Of a DNA stretch of 64,000 nucleotides, positions 40,344 through 49,280 are shown piece by piece. Every line of letters begins with the position of its first letter. Position 1 is the first letter of the stretch. Below the pieces are notes generated by a model. It was not told the DNA's origin. It searched no databases and was given only the letters and a program-made list of their open reading frames with translations. Origin of the DNA: an uncultured Acidobacteriota bacterium (GTDB taxonomy: Bacteria; Acidobacteriota; Thermoanaerobaculia; Gp7-AA8); contig CAWGHO010000002.1 in NCBI GenBank assembly GCA_963822445.1, positions 736,001 through 800,000 of the forward strand, given 5' to 3'. A program made the translations under genes and the position numbers.

Positions 40344-40443
40344 GTTTCGGGGTTACGAGGTTTCGGGGTTACGAGGTCCGCCCGACCCTGCCACGACCCT
40401 TCATAGCTCCCTCGTAACCCCGTAACCCCGCAACCCCGTAACC
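40344..40443. repeat. Inverted octamer-array element, unit GGTTNCGR
   Basis: Four units, about 33-bp spacer, four reverse-complement units. Confidence 0.9.
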
Positions 40444-40450
40444 AACGAAC

Positions 40451-40492
40451 TTGACAAACCTAACGCCGCAACCTAACTTAACGTTGTTAAGT
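40451..40492 (+). promoter_or_regulatory. Sigma70-type promoter with overlapping palindromic operator (probable TetR site)
   Basis: TTGACA-N17-TAACTT, palindrome ACTTAAC-GTT-GTTAAGT at 40476-40492, then AAAGGAG. Confidence 0.75.
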
Positions 40493-40510
40493 AAAGGAGC
40501 CGCGTTACAC

Positions 40511-41131
40511 ATGGGCCCATCCGAACGTCGAGCGCGAGAGCGCGAGGAAATCCGCACTTTGATCCTGGACGCTGCACGCGAGCTCTTCGCTGCGGAGGGG
40601 GTTGAGGCCGTCACCATGCGGCGGATTGCGGAGAAGATCGAGTACTCCCCCACCGCGATCTACTTCCATTTCAAAGATAAAGACGCGCTGCTGCGCGAGC
40701 TGTGCGACTGTGATTTTCGCGACTTCGCCCAGGGCTTTGCGGTCATGGCCGAGATCGCCGATCCCGTCGAGCGGCTCCGTCAGAGCGGGTACGCCTACAT
40801 CGACTTCGGGATGAAGAACCCCAGCCACTACCGGCTGATGTTCATGACCCCGAAGAATCTCACCGCCAAGGACAGCGCTCTGGCCCACGGCGATCCGACC
40901 GAGGATGCGTATGCGTTTCTGAAGAGCATCGTCGCGGAGATCATGGCCGCCGGCCGTTTTCGCGACGAGCACACCGACGTCGACCTTCTCTCGCAGGTGA
41001 TCTGGTCCGGCGTGCACGGCGTGGTCTCGCTGGAGATCGCCAAGTGCCATGACGACTGGGTGGAATGGTGGCCCATGGCCGACCGCGCGCGGACGATGAT
41101 CGACATGATCATCAACGGCCTGACGAGGTAA
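40511..41131 (+). CDS. TetR/AcrR family regulator
   Basis: ILDAARELF..EG..VTMRRIA..IEYSPTAIYFHFKDK. Confidence 0.92.
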   Translation: MGPSERRAREREEIRTLILDAARELFAAEGVEAVTMRRIAEKIEYSPTAIYFHFKDKDALLRELCDCDFRDFAQGFAVMAEIADPVERLRQSGYAYIDFGMKNPSHYRLMFMTPKNLTAKDSALAHGDPTEDAYAFLKSIVAEIMAAGRFRDEHTDVDLLSQVIWSGVHGVVSLEIAKCHDDWVEWWPMADRARTMIDMIINGLTR

Positions 41132-41134
41132 GCG

Positions 41135-42265
41135 ATGGCCGTCGATCTCGCAACCAAGTCCCTCCTTCACGACAAGCTTCGCTTCTTCATCACCGTGTCC
41201 GGCGTCGCCTTCGCCGTCACGCTCGTCTTCGTCCAGGTCGGTCTCTTTCTCGGCCTGATGTCCAACGCCTCCCTGACCATCGATCAGATCGACGCCGATC
41301 TCTGGGTGACCTCGCACAACACGCCGAACGTCGATTTCGCCCACACCTTCCCCGAGACGTACATCAAGCGCGTTCGCTCGATCGACGGCGTGTCCCGCGC
41401 GGACAACCTGATCGTCTGGTTCATGAACGTGAACCTGCCGTCGGGTGCGGTCGAGGGCACCGAGGTTTACGCGCTCGAGAACTACGCGGACTGGAACTTT
41501 CCGCAGGGAGTCGCCGAAGGAAACCTCGCCGATCTGCGCCGCGGCCCGTACATGTTTCTCGATGACTCGGCGAAGAAGCGCTGGGGCGGATTCGAAGTCG
41601 GCGACTACCGCGAGGTCCTCGGCCGCCGGCTGAAGATCATCGGCCGCACTGTCGACGCGAAGTCGTTCACCACGACTCCGCTCACGTTCATGGATTACCG
41701 CCTCGCGCAGAGCCTCAACGAGAGCGACCTGCGCGGCAACACGACGTACATCCTGGTGAAGCTCGCGCCCGGCGCGAATGCCGAGGAGATCCGCGCGGAG
41801 ATCCAGCGCCGTCTTCCGTACAACGACGTGTTCACGAAGGACGAATGGGCGAAGCGCTCCCGCACCTACTGGATCGACTCGACCGGCCTCGGGCTGAACA
41901 TGTACATCACCGTCTTCCTCGGATGCCTGGTCGGGATCGTCGTCGTCGCGCAGACGCTCTACACCTCGACCATGGAGCACATCCGCGAGTTCGGCACGGT
42001 CAAGGCCATCGGCGGCGGCAACGGCGAGATTTACAAGATCCTCGGCAAGCAGGCCACCATCGCCGCGATTGCCGGCTTCGCCCTCGGCGCACTGCAGGCC
42101 TTCGCCCTGCGGCCGGTGATGAAGAACATCGACCTGAAACTGATCATCCCGATGGAGCTGTACGTGATCGTGCTGTTCGGCGCGATCGCGCTCTGCCTCA
42201 GCGCGGCGGTCATCTCCTTCCGCAAAGTCGCGTCGATCGATCCGGCGCTGGTATTCAGAACATGA
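41135..42265 (+). CDS. ABC exporter permease (FtsX/DevC-like)
   Basis: GVAFAVTLVFVQVG, EFGTVKAIG, DPALVF. Confidence 0.88.
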   Translation: MAVDLATKSLLHDKLRFFITVSGVAFAVTLVFVQVGLFLGLMSNASLTIDQIDADLWVTSHNTPNVDFAHTFPETYIKRVRSIDGVSRADNLIVWFMNVNLPSGAVEGTEVYALENYADWNFPQGVAEGNLADLRRGPYMFLDDSAKKRWGGFEVGDYREVLGRRLKIIGRTVDAKSFTTTPLTFMDYRLAQSLNESDLRGNTTYILVKLAPGANAEEIRAEIQRRLPYNDVFTKDEWAKRSRTYWIDSTGLGLNMYITVFLGCLVGIVVVAQTLYTSTMEHIREFGTVKAIGGGNGEIYKILGKQATIAAIAGFALGALQAFALRPVMKNIDLKLIIPMELYVIVLFGAIALCLSAAVISFRKVASIDPALVFRT

Positions 42266-42924
42266 ACGCAATTCTTCGCACCCGTCGCATCCAGAAACAC
42301 TTCACCGAAGGCCGCGAAACGGTCCCGGTCCTTCGCGGCATCGACTTCGACGTCGAGCGCGGCGAGATCGTCTCGCTCGAAGGTCCGTCCGGCTCGGGCA
42401 AGACCACGTTCCTGTCGATCCTCGGCTGCATCCTCACGCCGACGAGCGGCGAGGTCGTGATCGAGGGGCAGGAAGTCAGCGAGAAGCGTCTCGCCGAGAT
42501 CCGCAAGCGCTCCCTCGGATTCGTCTTCCAGCAGTTCAACCTCTTTCCTTCGCTGACTGCCCTCGAGAACGTCGAGTACGCGCTCAACGTGAAGGGCGTG
42601 AAAGGCCGCGGCGCCCGCATCGAAGCGCAGCGCGTCATCGACGCGGTCGGCCTCGGCGATCGCCAGAACTTTCTGCCGCGCGATCTGAGCGGCGGACAGA
42701 AACAACGCGTCGCCATTGCCCGCGCGCTCGCCGGCAGCGCACCGATTCTCCTCGCCGACGAGCCGACCGCGAATCTCGACTCTCAGGCCGGAACGCAGAT
42801 CCTCGAGATGTTCCGCGCGCTGGCCAAACAGGAAAACCGCGCGCTGGTGATCGTCACCCATGACCCGAAAGTGCGGTCGATTGCCGACCGCGTCGTGAAG
42901 ATTCAGGACGGAGCTTTGATATGA
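42262..42924 (+). CDS. ABC transporter ATP-binding protein
   Basis: GPSGSGKTT, LSGGQKQR, ADEPT, VTHD. Confidence 0.93.
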   Translation: MNAILRTRRIQKHFTEGRETVPVLRGIDFDVERGEIVSLEGPSGSGKTTFLSILGCILTPTSGEVVIEGQEVSEKRLAEIRKRSLGFVFQQFNLFPSLTALENVEYALNVKGVKGRGARIEAQRVIDAVGLGDRQNFLPRDLSGGQKQRVAIARALAGSAPILLADEPTANLDSQAGTQILEMFRALAKQENRALVIVTHDPKVRSIADRVVKIQDGALI

Positions 42925-43784
42925 ACCGGATTCTCTACCCAGCCCTGGCAGTCCTTCTCCTCGTGGCCACCGTCGCCCAGGTTTACGCGACGCGGCCGAA
43001 GCCCGCGGACGCGCCGCAAGTCAAAAGCCTCGCCAACACGCCGCGCGTCGTCGCGGAAGGACGCGTCGTCACCTACCCCGGCGCCGAAGTCACGGTCGGC
43101 ACCGACGTCGCGGGCACGATCGAATCGCTGAAAGTCGAAGAGAAAGACACCGTTCGCAAAGGCGACGTCATCGCGATCATCAAAGCGCACGACACCCACG
43201 CCGCGCTTTCTGTCGCCCGTGCGCGTGTCACCGAAGCCGATGCCGATATCCGGCTGTTCGAGGCGGAAGTCGCGCGTGCGCAGCACCTCTGGAAGGAAGA
43301 CGTCGGCTCGAAGCAGGCCTGGGACAAAGCGGAGCGCGATCTCGATGCGTCGCGCGCGCGCCGCACCTCTGCAGCCGCGGAAGTCCGTCGCCTCGAAGCG
43401 TTGGTCGGCAAGACCGTCATCACCGCGCCGATCGACGGCGTGGTCATCGCGCGCAACGTGCACGCCGGCGAAACGGTCGACGTCGGCGACGAGCTGCTGA
43501 CCATCGCCGACCTGAAAAAGACGCGCGTCGAAGCGGAAATCGACGAATTCGACGTGGCCCGCATCCACCACGGCGCAACCGTCAGCGTCATGGCCGAGGG
43601 GTTCGAGAAGGGGTGGAAGGGGACGATCGAAGAGATTCCGGATTCGGTCGTGAACCGCCGGATCAAGCCTCAGGATCCTTCCAAGCCGATCGACACGCGC
43701 GTCCTGCTGGTCAAAGTCGCTTTCGCCGAGCCGACGCCGCTGAAGCTCGGCCAAAGGGTGGAAGTAAGAATCGACGGACAATAA
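42921..43784 (+). CDS. HlyD-family periplasmic adaptor subunit
   Basis: Lipoyl half-motifs flanking a coiled coil, ITAPIDG, LKLGQRVEV. Confidence 0.88.
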   Translation: MNRILYPALAVLLLVATVAQVYATRPKPADAPQVKSLANTPRVVAEGRVVTYPGAEVTVGTDVAGTIESLKVEEKDTVRKGDVIAIIKAHDTHAALSVARARVTEADADIRLFEAEVARAQHLWKEDVGSKQAWDKAERDLDASRARRTSAAAEVRRLEALVGKTVITAPIDGVVIARNVHAGETVDVGDELLTIADLKKTRVEAEIDEFDVARIHHGATVSVMAEGFEKGWKGTIEEIPDSVVNRRIKPQDPSKPIDTRVLLVKVAFAEPTPLKLGQRVEVRIDGQ

Positions 43785-43828
43785 AGGCAAAGTCTGACGC
43801 GGGAGGCGTATGCTTACGTCTCCCGCAA

Positions 43829-44641
43829 ATGTCTTCCCTTGCCCTCGTTGTCGAGAATGACGACAGCACCCGAAAGCTGCTCGCCGTCGTGCTGAGCCGC
43901 TTCGGCTACGAGGTCGACGCCGTCGTCAACGGAAAGGACGCGCTGGTCCTGCTCGGGTCGATCGACTACGACCTGATGGTTTTCGACCTGATGGTCCCCG
44001 GCGCGTCCGGCGAAGAACTGCTGGACTGGCTCCAGCAGAATCGGCCCGAGGCGATCGAGCGAACGATGGTCTTGTCGTCCGTGACGCGGCTTCATCTCGA
44101 GCAGGTCCGGGACTGGTATCCGACGGCGCGCGTGATCCGCAAGCCATTCGAGCTGCACGAGTTGATCGAATTCGCGAACGCGGTCCGTCGCGATCGTCCC
44201 GGTGCATCGATCAGTACCGCTGGTCAATTTGCCAGACGTTCGATCATGGCCGGCGCGAAAGCGGGACTGCTCGTGCGGAAGATCGGCTCCGACGTCTCCC
44301 TGATTCACCAGTTCGGCTACGACGCGAGCACCCTCCAGCCATGGTTTCCGCTCTCCGCCAGCGCTCCGATTCCGTTGTGCAAGTGTCTGCGCGACGGGCG
44401 TGCGCAGTGGCTGGCCTCCCTGGCCGCCGCCGTTCCCGAGTTTCCGCATCTCGCGCAGATCTGGCAGGCGAATCACAGCCACGCCCTCGCAACCGTGCCG
44501 TTGATTCGCGACGGGCAGGTAGTCGGCGCCGCCGGCTGGAGTTTCCGCGAGCCGCAAACATTCGACGAGCTCGAGCAGCGCGCCTTCACCGCCATCGCCG
44601 AGGATGCCTCGCCGCTGCTCGACGCGATGCAATCCGCCTAG
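43829..44641 (+). CDS. Response regulator receiver + GAF domain protein
   Basis: LVVEND, DLMVFDLMVPG, RKPF, then GAF-like ATVPLIRDGQVVG. Confidence 0.8.
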   Translation: MSSLALVVENDDSTRKLLAVVLSRFGYEVDAVVNGKDALVLLGSIDYDLMVFDLMVPGASGEELLDWLQQNRPEAIERTMVLSSVTRLHLEQVRDWYPTARVIRKPFELHELIEFANAVRRDRPGASISTAGQFARRSIMAGAKAGLLVRKIGSDVSLIHQFGYDASTLQPWFPLSASAPIPLCKCLRDGRAQWLASLAAAVPEFPHLAQIWQANHSHALATVPLIRDGQVVGAAGWSFREPQTFDELEQRAFTAIAEDASPLLDAMQSA

Positions 44642-44668
44642 ACCGCACGGCCGTAGTCCTGTCACCTC

Positions 44669-46264
44669 ATGACCGTCCTTCCTACAGTCGCGCGGCTGCG
44701 CTTTGCAGTCCCACTGCGCGATACTCGCTCCGTGCAGCTCGAAGTGCTCAATGAAGTGGCCCGCATCGCCACGCTCGATCTCGAGCTACGTCCGATGCTG
44801 CAGCGCATCACCGATTCGCTCTCGCGCAAGTTCGGCTGGGAGTTCGTCGCGCTGATCACCATCGATCAGGTCGAGGGCACGTTCACCTGCGAGGCGGTCA
44901 CCTCTGCGGTTGTCACCGACATCGCCATCGGCTACAGCCGGCCGCTCGGCAGCGGCGTGGTCGGACAGGTCGCGTCGCATGCCGAGGCGATCGTGCTCGA
45001 TGACGTGAGCACCTTTCCGAACTACGTCGAGACCATGCCCGGCGCGCGGTCGGAGATCTGCGTTCCCGTCAAGCATCACGGCCGGTTAGTGGCCGTGCTC
45101 AATCTCGAGAGCCAGCAGATCGGCACGTTTCACGGGCAGTTGCCGCTGCTGGAGACGGTCGCGGACACGATCGCCGGCGCGATCGCCAGCGCGCAGCTCT
45201 ACGACGAGCTTCGCCAGCGCGCGCGGCTGATGGAGATGATGAGCGAGGTCTCGCGAACGGCACTCGACGCGACCGATCTCGAGGAAGTGCTGCGCCGCAT
45301 CGTCTTCTACATCTACGACCGCTTCCCGCTCGAGCTCGTGTCCGTGGTGATGTACGAAGCCGAAGAGGAAGTGTTCGTGCAGACGGCGAGCGCCGGGGCG
45401 AATTCCGCCGGGCCGAACACGCGCTGGCCGATCCGCGAAGGCATCATCGGCCGCTGCATCCGCACCAGGGCCACGCAATTCGTCGAGGACGTCACCACCG
45501 ATGCCGAGTACGTGAGCGTGAATGAGCGGACCGCGTCGGAGCTGGTCGTGCCGATCCGTTTCCGCAACGAGGTCGTGGGAGTGCTGAACATCGAGAGCGC
45601 CTCGCGCGAGGTCTTCACACCCGCGAACGTGCTCGCATTCGAAGCGTTCGCCGATCAGGTCGCGGGCGCGATCAACCTGGCCTCGCTCAATTCACGGCTC
45701 GGCGCGACGAAGACGCAGCTCGAACTGAAGACGCACGATCTGGAACAGGCCAACGAACATCTGGCGAAGGCGATCGAGACGCTGCACCGCATCTCCACGC
45801 AGGACGGCCTGACCGGCGTCGCCAACCGCCGCCTCTTCGACGAAACGCTCGGCCTGGAATGGCGTCGCGCCGCGCGCAGCCGCGCGCCGGTCACGCTGCT
45901 GCTCCTCGACATCGATCACTTCAAGGACTTCAACGACGCTCACGGACATCAGAGCGGCGACGAGTGTCTTCGTCGTGTCGCACAGACCTTGCGCGAATCC
46001 GTTCATCGCGCCGCGGATCTGGTGGCGCGTTATGGCGGCGAGGAGTTCGCGGTCCTTCTGCCGGAGACCGATGCCGAGCACGCGGGGATGATCGCCGAGG
46101 CCATTCGCGAGCGGATCGAGTCGGCGGGTCAGGTCACGGCGAGCATCGGCGTGGCAACGTGCGTTCCGCCGCGCGACGTGAGCGGCGTGGAGGAGTTCAT
46201 CGGCGTGGCCGACGAGGCGCTGTACGACGCGAAGAGACAGGGGCGGAATCGCGTGGTGGCGTGA
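44669..46264 (+). CDS. GAF-GAF diguanylate cyclase
   Basis: DGLTGVANRR, DIDHFK.FND..GH, RAADLVARYGGEEF including an RxxD I-site. Confidence 0.92.
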   Translation: MTVLPTVARLRFAVPLRDTRSVQLEVLNEVARIATLDLELRPMLQRITDSLSRKFGWEFVALITIDQVEGTFTCEAVTSAVVTDIAIGYSRPLGSGVVGQVASHAEAIVLDDVSTFPNYVETMPGARSEICVPVKHHGRLVAVLNLESQQIGTFHGQLPLLETVADTIAGAIASAQLYDELRQRARLMEMMSEVSRTALDATDLEEVLRRIVFYIYDRFPLELVSVVMYEAEEEVFVQTASAGANSAGPNTRWPIREGIIGRCIRTRATQFVEDVTTDAEYVSVNERTASELVVPIRFRNEVVGVLNIESASREVFTPANVLAFEAFADQVAGAINLASLNSRLGATKTQLELKTHDLEQANEHLAKAIETLHRISTQDGLTGVANRRLFDETLGLEWRRAARSRAPVTLLLLDIDHFKDFNDAHGHQSGDECLRRVAQTLRESVHRAADLVARYGGEEFAVLLPETDAEHAGMIAEAIRERIESAGQVTASIGVATCVPPRDVSGVEEFIGVADEALYDAKRQGRNRVVA

Positions 46265-46955
46265 TCAGCTGCTCCCCTTTCCGCCGGCCGTTGGCCATGC
46301 GGTTATCGTCTTCCGTCACCACTTCCACGCCCTGCTCGCCGCGCCGTCCCGCACCGCCCCGCCGCGCCTTCTCCAGCGTCATCAGAAATCCGAACGCCGG
46401 ATCCTTGAACTGCAGGTGCCGGAGCATGTGCCAGTGCTTGCGCACGTAGGCCTGGAGGAACTGCAGGACGTGGCCGAGGCTGATGATGCGGCATGGGGGG
46501 ACGGCGGAGCCGGGGGGGAAAGAGCCGAAGGCGATCAGGCGGACGACGTACGACGACTGAATCTCCGCGGTACCGTGCTTGAGGAGGTGCTCGACGACGC
46601 GATTGTCATCGCCGACCTCACCGAAGCGATTGATCACCGTCTTCAGAACTTCGGGATCGCGGATGCCGGTATTGATGCCGACGCGCCCTTCCTTCACCTC
46701 GCCGATGATCATGTCCACCTGACCGGTGGGCACGGCCAGACCAGGATCGAGGCCGGTCATGTCCAGGCTCTTCGGCATCTTCCGGCCGTGCCGCGCCATC
46801 GGCTCACCCGAGGGAAAGCGGAAGGCGAGGATGTCGATGTCGGTGATCGTGCGGAAGCCTGCACGTCCGGCGCCGGCGATGATCGGGTATTCAGCGGAGG
46901 TGAAGTACCCGTTGAGCTGTAAGTACGCCTGCACCAGCGCGACGGCGTGATCCAT
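46197..46955 (-). CDS. Hypothetical protein with PD-(D/E)XK-like motifs (true 3' end possibly 46265)
   Basis: N-terminal helix AYLQLNGY, DIDILA, IIGEVKEG. Confidence 0.7.
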   Translation of the reverse strand: MDHAVALVQAYLQLNGYFTSAEYPIIAGAGRAGFRTITDIDILAFRFPSGEPMARHGRKMPKSLDMTGLDPGLAVPTGQVDMIIGEVKEGRVGINTGIRDPEVLKTVINRFGEVGDDNRVVEHLLKHGTAEIQSSYVVRLIAFGSFPPGSAVPPCRIISLGHVLQFLQAYVRKHWHMLRHLQFKDPAFGFLMTLEKARRGGAGRRGEQGVEVVTEDDNRMANGRRKGEQLITPPRDSAPVSSRRTAPRRPRR

Positions 46956-46990
46956 AGGGCGCACATGTTAGCGTTACTCAGTTACACTGC

Positions 46991-47395
46991 ATGCAACCGC
47001 AAATGGATGACAAACAGATCGCTGCTCGCACGCCCAAGCCGTCGTACGACTGTCTGAAATGCCCTGCGTATTGCTGCAGCTACGACCGGATCATCGTCGA
47101 GAACAGCGACCTGAAACGGCTGGCCCGTCATTTCGACATCGACGTCGAAACCGCGCGCAGGCGGTTCACGAAGATCAAGGACAACGAGCAGGTCCTTCGC
47201 CACCAGAAGGACCACGTCTACGGCAGCATCTGCATGTTCATCGACACCAAGACCCGGCGCTGCACGATCTACGACGCCCGCCCGGGCGTCTGCCACGAAT
47301 ACCCGGACAAGCCCCGCTGCGGCTACTACGACTTCCTGAAATGGGAGCGCAAGCATCAGGAGGATCCGGACTTCATCCCGCTGCAGAAGGGGTGA
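46991..47395 (+). CDS. YkgJ family cysteine-cluster protein
   Basis: CLKCPAYCC, CMFID...CTIYDARPGVC. Confidence 0.85.
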   Translation: MQPQMDDKQIAARTPKPSYDCLKCPAYCCSYDRIIVENSDLKRLARHFDIDVETARRRFTKIKDNEQVLRHQKDHVYGSICMFIDTKTRRCTIYDARPGVCHEYPDKPRCGYYDFLKWERKHQEDPDFIPLQKG

Positions 47396-47398
47396 GGC

Positions 47399-47489
47399 AG
47401 TCGTTAGTCGTTGGTGATTAGTCGTTAGTAGAACGAAGCAAGCTCTTCCCAGCGTTCTACTAACGACTAACGACTAATCACTAACGACT
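47399..47489. repeat. Inverted heptamer-array element, unit AGTCGTT
   Basis: (AGTCGTT)x4 with variants plus AGTAGAACG, 17-bp spacer, then CGTTCTACT(AACGACT)x4. Confidence 0.88.
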
Positions 47490-47527
47490 TTCCGAATAGC
47501 CCACCGCCTTGCAGTGTTATTTGCAGC

Positions 47528-48496
47528 ATGCTTTTCCGCCTCACCTCGCTTCTCCTCGCCGGCGTACTCACCGGGGCGATCCATGCCCAGGACTTTACGG
47601 AAGAGGTCGCCGTCAACTATGTGATGGTGCCTTTCACCGTGATCGGCGGGCAGGGCGCGCCGATCACCGACCTCAAGCAGAAGGACGTCTCCCTGCTCGT
47701 GGACGGGCAGCCGGTGCGGACGGACATGTTCGAGATGTCCTTCAACGCGCCGGTCTCCTGGACGATCCTCCTCGACGGCTCGGGCTCGATGGGGCTGGCC
47801 GGGAAGATGGACGCGGCCAAGGCGGCCATCAACGCGCTCGTGGCCCGGCGCAGGGAAGGCGATGACTTCGCGCTGTTCGTCTTCGATTCGCAGGGGCACG
47901 CCAAGGAGATGGTTCCGTTCACCGAGAACCCAGCGGCGATCAGCCGCGCCCTCGACGTGGTGAAGCCGTGGGGCAAGACCGCGTTCTTCGACGCGCTCGC
48001 GGAGATGCCGGCCCGCAGCGAGCTGGGTCGCAACGCCTCGCGGGCGATCATCCTGCTGAGCGACGGCATCGACAACGCCTCGAACGTGACCCTTCCCGAC
48101 ATCGAAAAACAGATGGAAGGGCTGTCAATCCCCATCTACGCGTTCGGCCTTCGTGAGCCCGGCGAGACGAAGGTGACGGCGATCAGCGAGGAGATGGCGA
48201 ACATCGATCTGCTCGACGAGCTGGCGGCCGCGACCGGTGGCAAACTCTTCATCGGCAACCGGCCGGAACAGCTCGCAAGTTCAATGAATTCAATAGAAAA
48301 GGTCCTGCGGGCCCAGTATCTGCTCGGCTTTGCGCCGACAGGAAAAGGTACAGTGAAGTACCGCCGCATTTCGCTGAAGCTCGCGGGGCGCGTCCGTTCC
48401 GTCCGAGTCCGTGCCGGCTACCGCGGCACAGAGCCTCCGGTACAGAGCGTCGCAAGCCGCACCAAGCCGAAGCGCAACGAAAGGAAGAGAAGTTGA
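47528..48496 (+). CDS. VWA-domain protein (Acidobacterial VWFA-related type)
   Basis: LLDGSGSM MIDAS, TAFFDA, LLSDGIDN, QYLLGF. Confidence 0.88.
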   Translation: MLFRLTSLLLAGVLTGAIHAQDFTEEVAVNYVMVPFTVIGGQGAPITDLKQKDVSLLVDGQPVRTDMFEMSFNAPVSWTILLDGSGSMGLAGKMDAAKAAINALVARRREGDDFALFVFDSQGHAKEMVPFTENPAAISRALDVVKPWGKTAFFDALAEMPARSELGRNASRAIILLSDGIDNASNVTLPDIEKQMEGLSIPIYAFGLREPGETKVTAISEEMANIDLLDELAAATGGKLFIGNRPEQLASSMNSIEKVLRAQYLLGFAPTGKGTVKYRRISLKLAGRVRSVRVRAGYRGTEPPVQSVASRTKPKRNERKRS

Positions 48497-49110
48497 TGAC
48501 CAAAGTTACCGGGGGTATCACGGCGATCGCGCTGGTTCTGATCTCCAGCGCGTGCGCCACCAAGAAATCGGTCGAGGAACAGATCGCCGCTTCGCAGGCG
48601 ACGACGAACCAGAAGATCGAGTCCGTAGCTTCACAGGTCGAGGATCTGCAGCAGAAACAGCAGGCCACGGACGTCCGCCTCGAGCAGCTCAGCCAGTCCG
48701 CGCAGGAAGCGCTCACGCGCGCGCAGGAAGCCGGCGTGCTGGCCAAGGGACAGGTGGTCTTCGAGCAGTCGTTCGCCGAGGATCGGGTGAAGTTCAAGCT
48801 CGATTCGCACGAGCTCGATCAGAACGCGAAGACCGCGCTCGACGAGTTCGCCGGCCGGGTGAAGATCCTGCAGAGCCAGTACTTCGTCGAGATTCAGGGC
48901 CACACCGACGACACCGGCAGCGAAGCGCACAACGAGGAGCTCGGCCAGCGCCGCGCCGAATCAGTGCGCCGCTACCTGTCGCGCGAGCACAAGCTGCCGC
49001 TCAACCGGATGTCGACGATCTCGTACGGCGACACCCTGCCGGTCGAGTCGAACAAGACCAAGGTCGGCCGCTCCGCGAACCGGCGGGTGGTGCTGGTGGT
49101 ACTCGAGTAG
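48493..49110 (+). CDS. OmpA-family lipoprotein with coiled coil
   Basis: SSACATKK lipobox, GHTD, LGQRRA, SYG, NRRV. Confidence 0.9.
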   Translation: MMTKVTGGITAIALVLISSACATKKSVEEQIAASQATTNQKIESVASQVEDLQQKQQATDVRLEQLSQSAQEALTRAQEAGVLAKGQVVFEQSFAEDRVKFKLDSHELDQNAKTALDEFAGRVKILQSQYFVEIQGHTDDTGSEAHNEELGQRRAESVRRYLSREHKLPLNRMSTISYGDTLPVESNKTKVGRSANRRVVLVVLE

Positions 49111-49133
49111 ATCCGCTTTATCGCGTTTTACCG

Positions 49134-49169
49134 ACGGCCGGCGTATCAAACGCCGGCCGTTTTTGTTTT
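49134..49169 (+). terminator. Intrinsic terminator
   Basis: ACGGCCGGCGT-loop-ACGCCGGCCGT followed by TTTTGTTTT. Confidence 0.8.
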
Positions 49170-49190
49170 GGGGCGCCGGTAGCGCGCCCT

Positions 49191-49280
49191 TGGAGTGCGG
49201 CGGCTCTGCCGCCGCTTTCCCATGCGCCGGAGGCGCGCTCCCGCGCGCTTTCAAAGCGGCGGCAGAGCCGCCGCACTCCA
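49191..49280. repeat. REP doublet (REPIN-like), GGAGTGCGGCGG family
   Basis: Arms are identical and the spacer nearly identical to 15097-15185. Abuts the xth stop. Confidence 0.9.
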
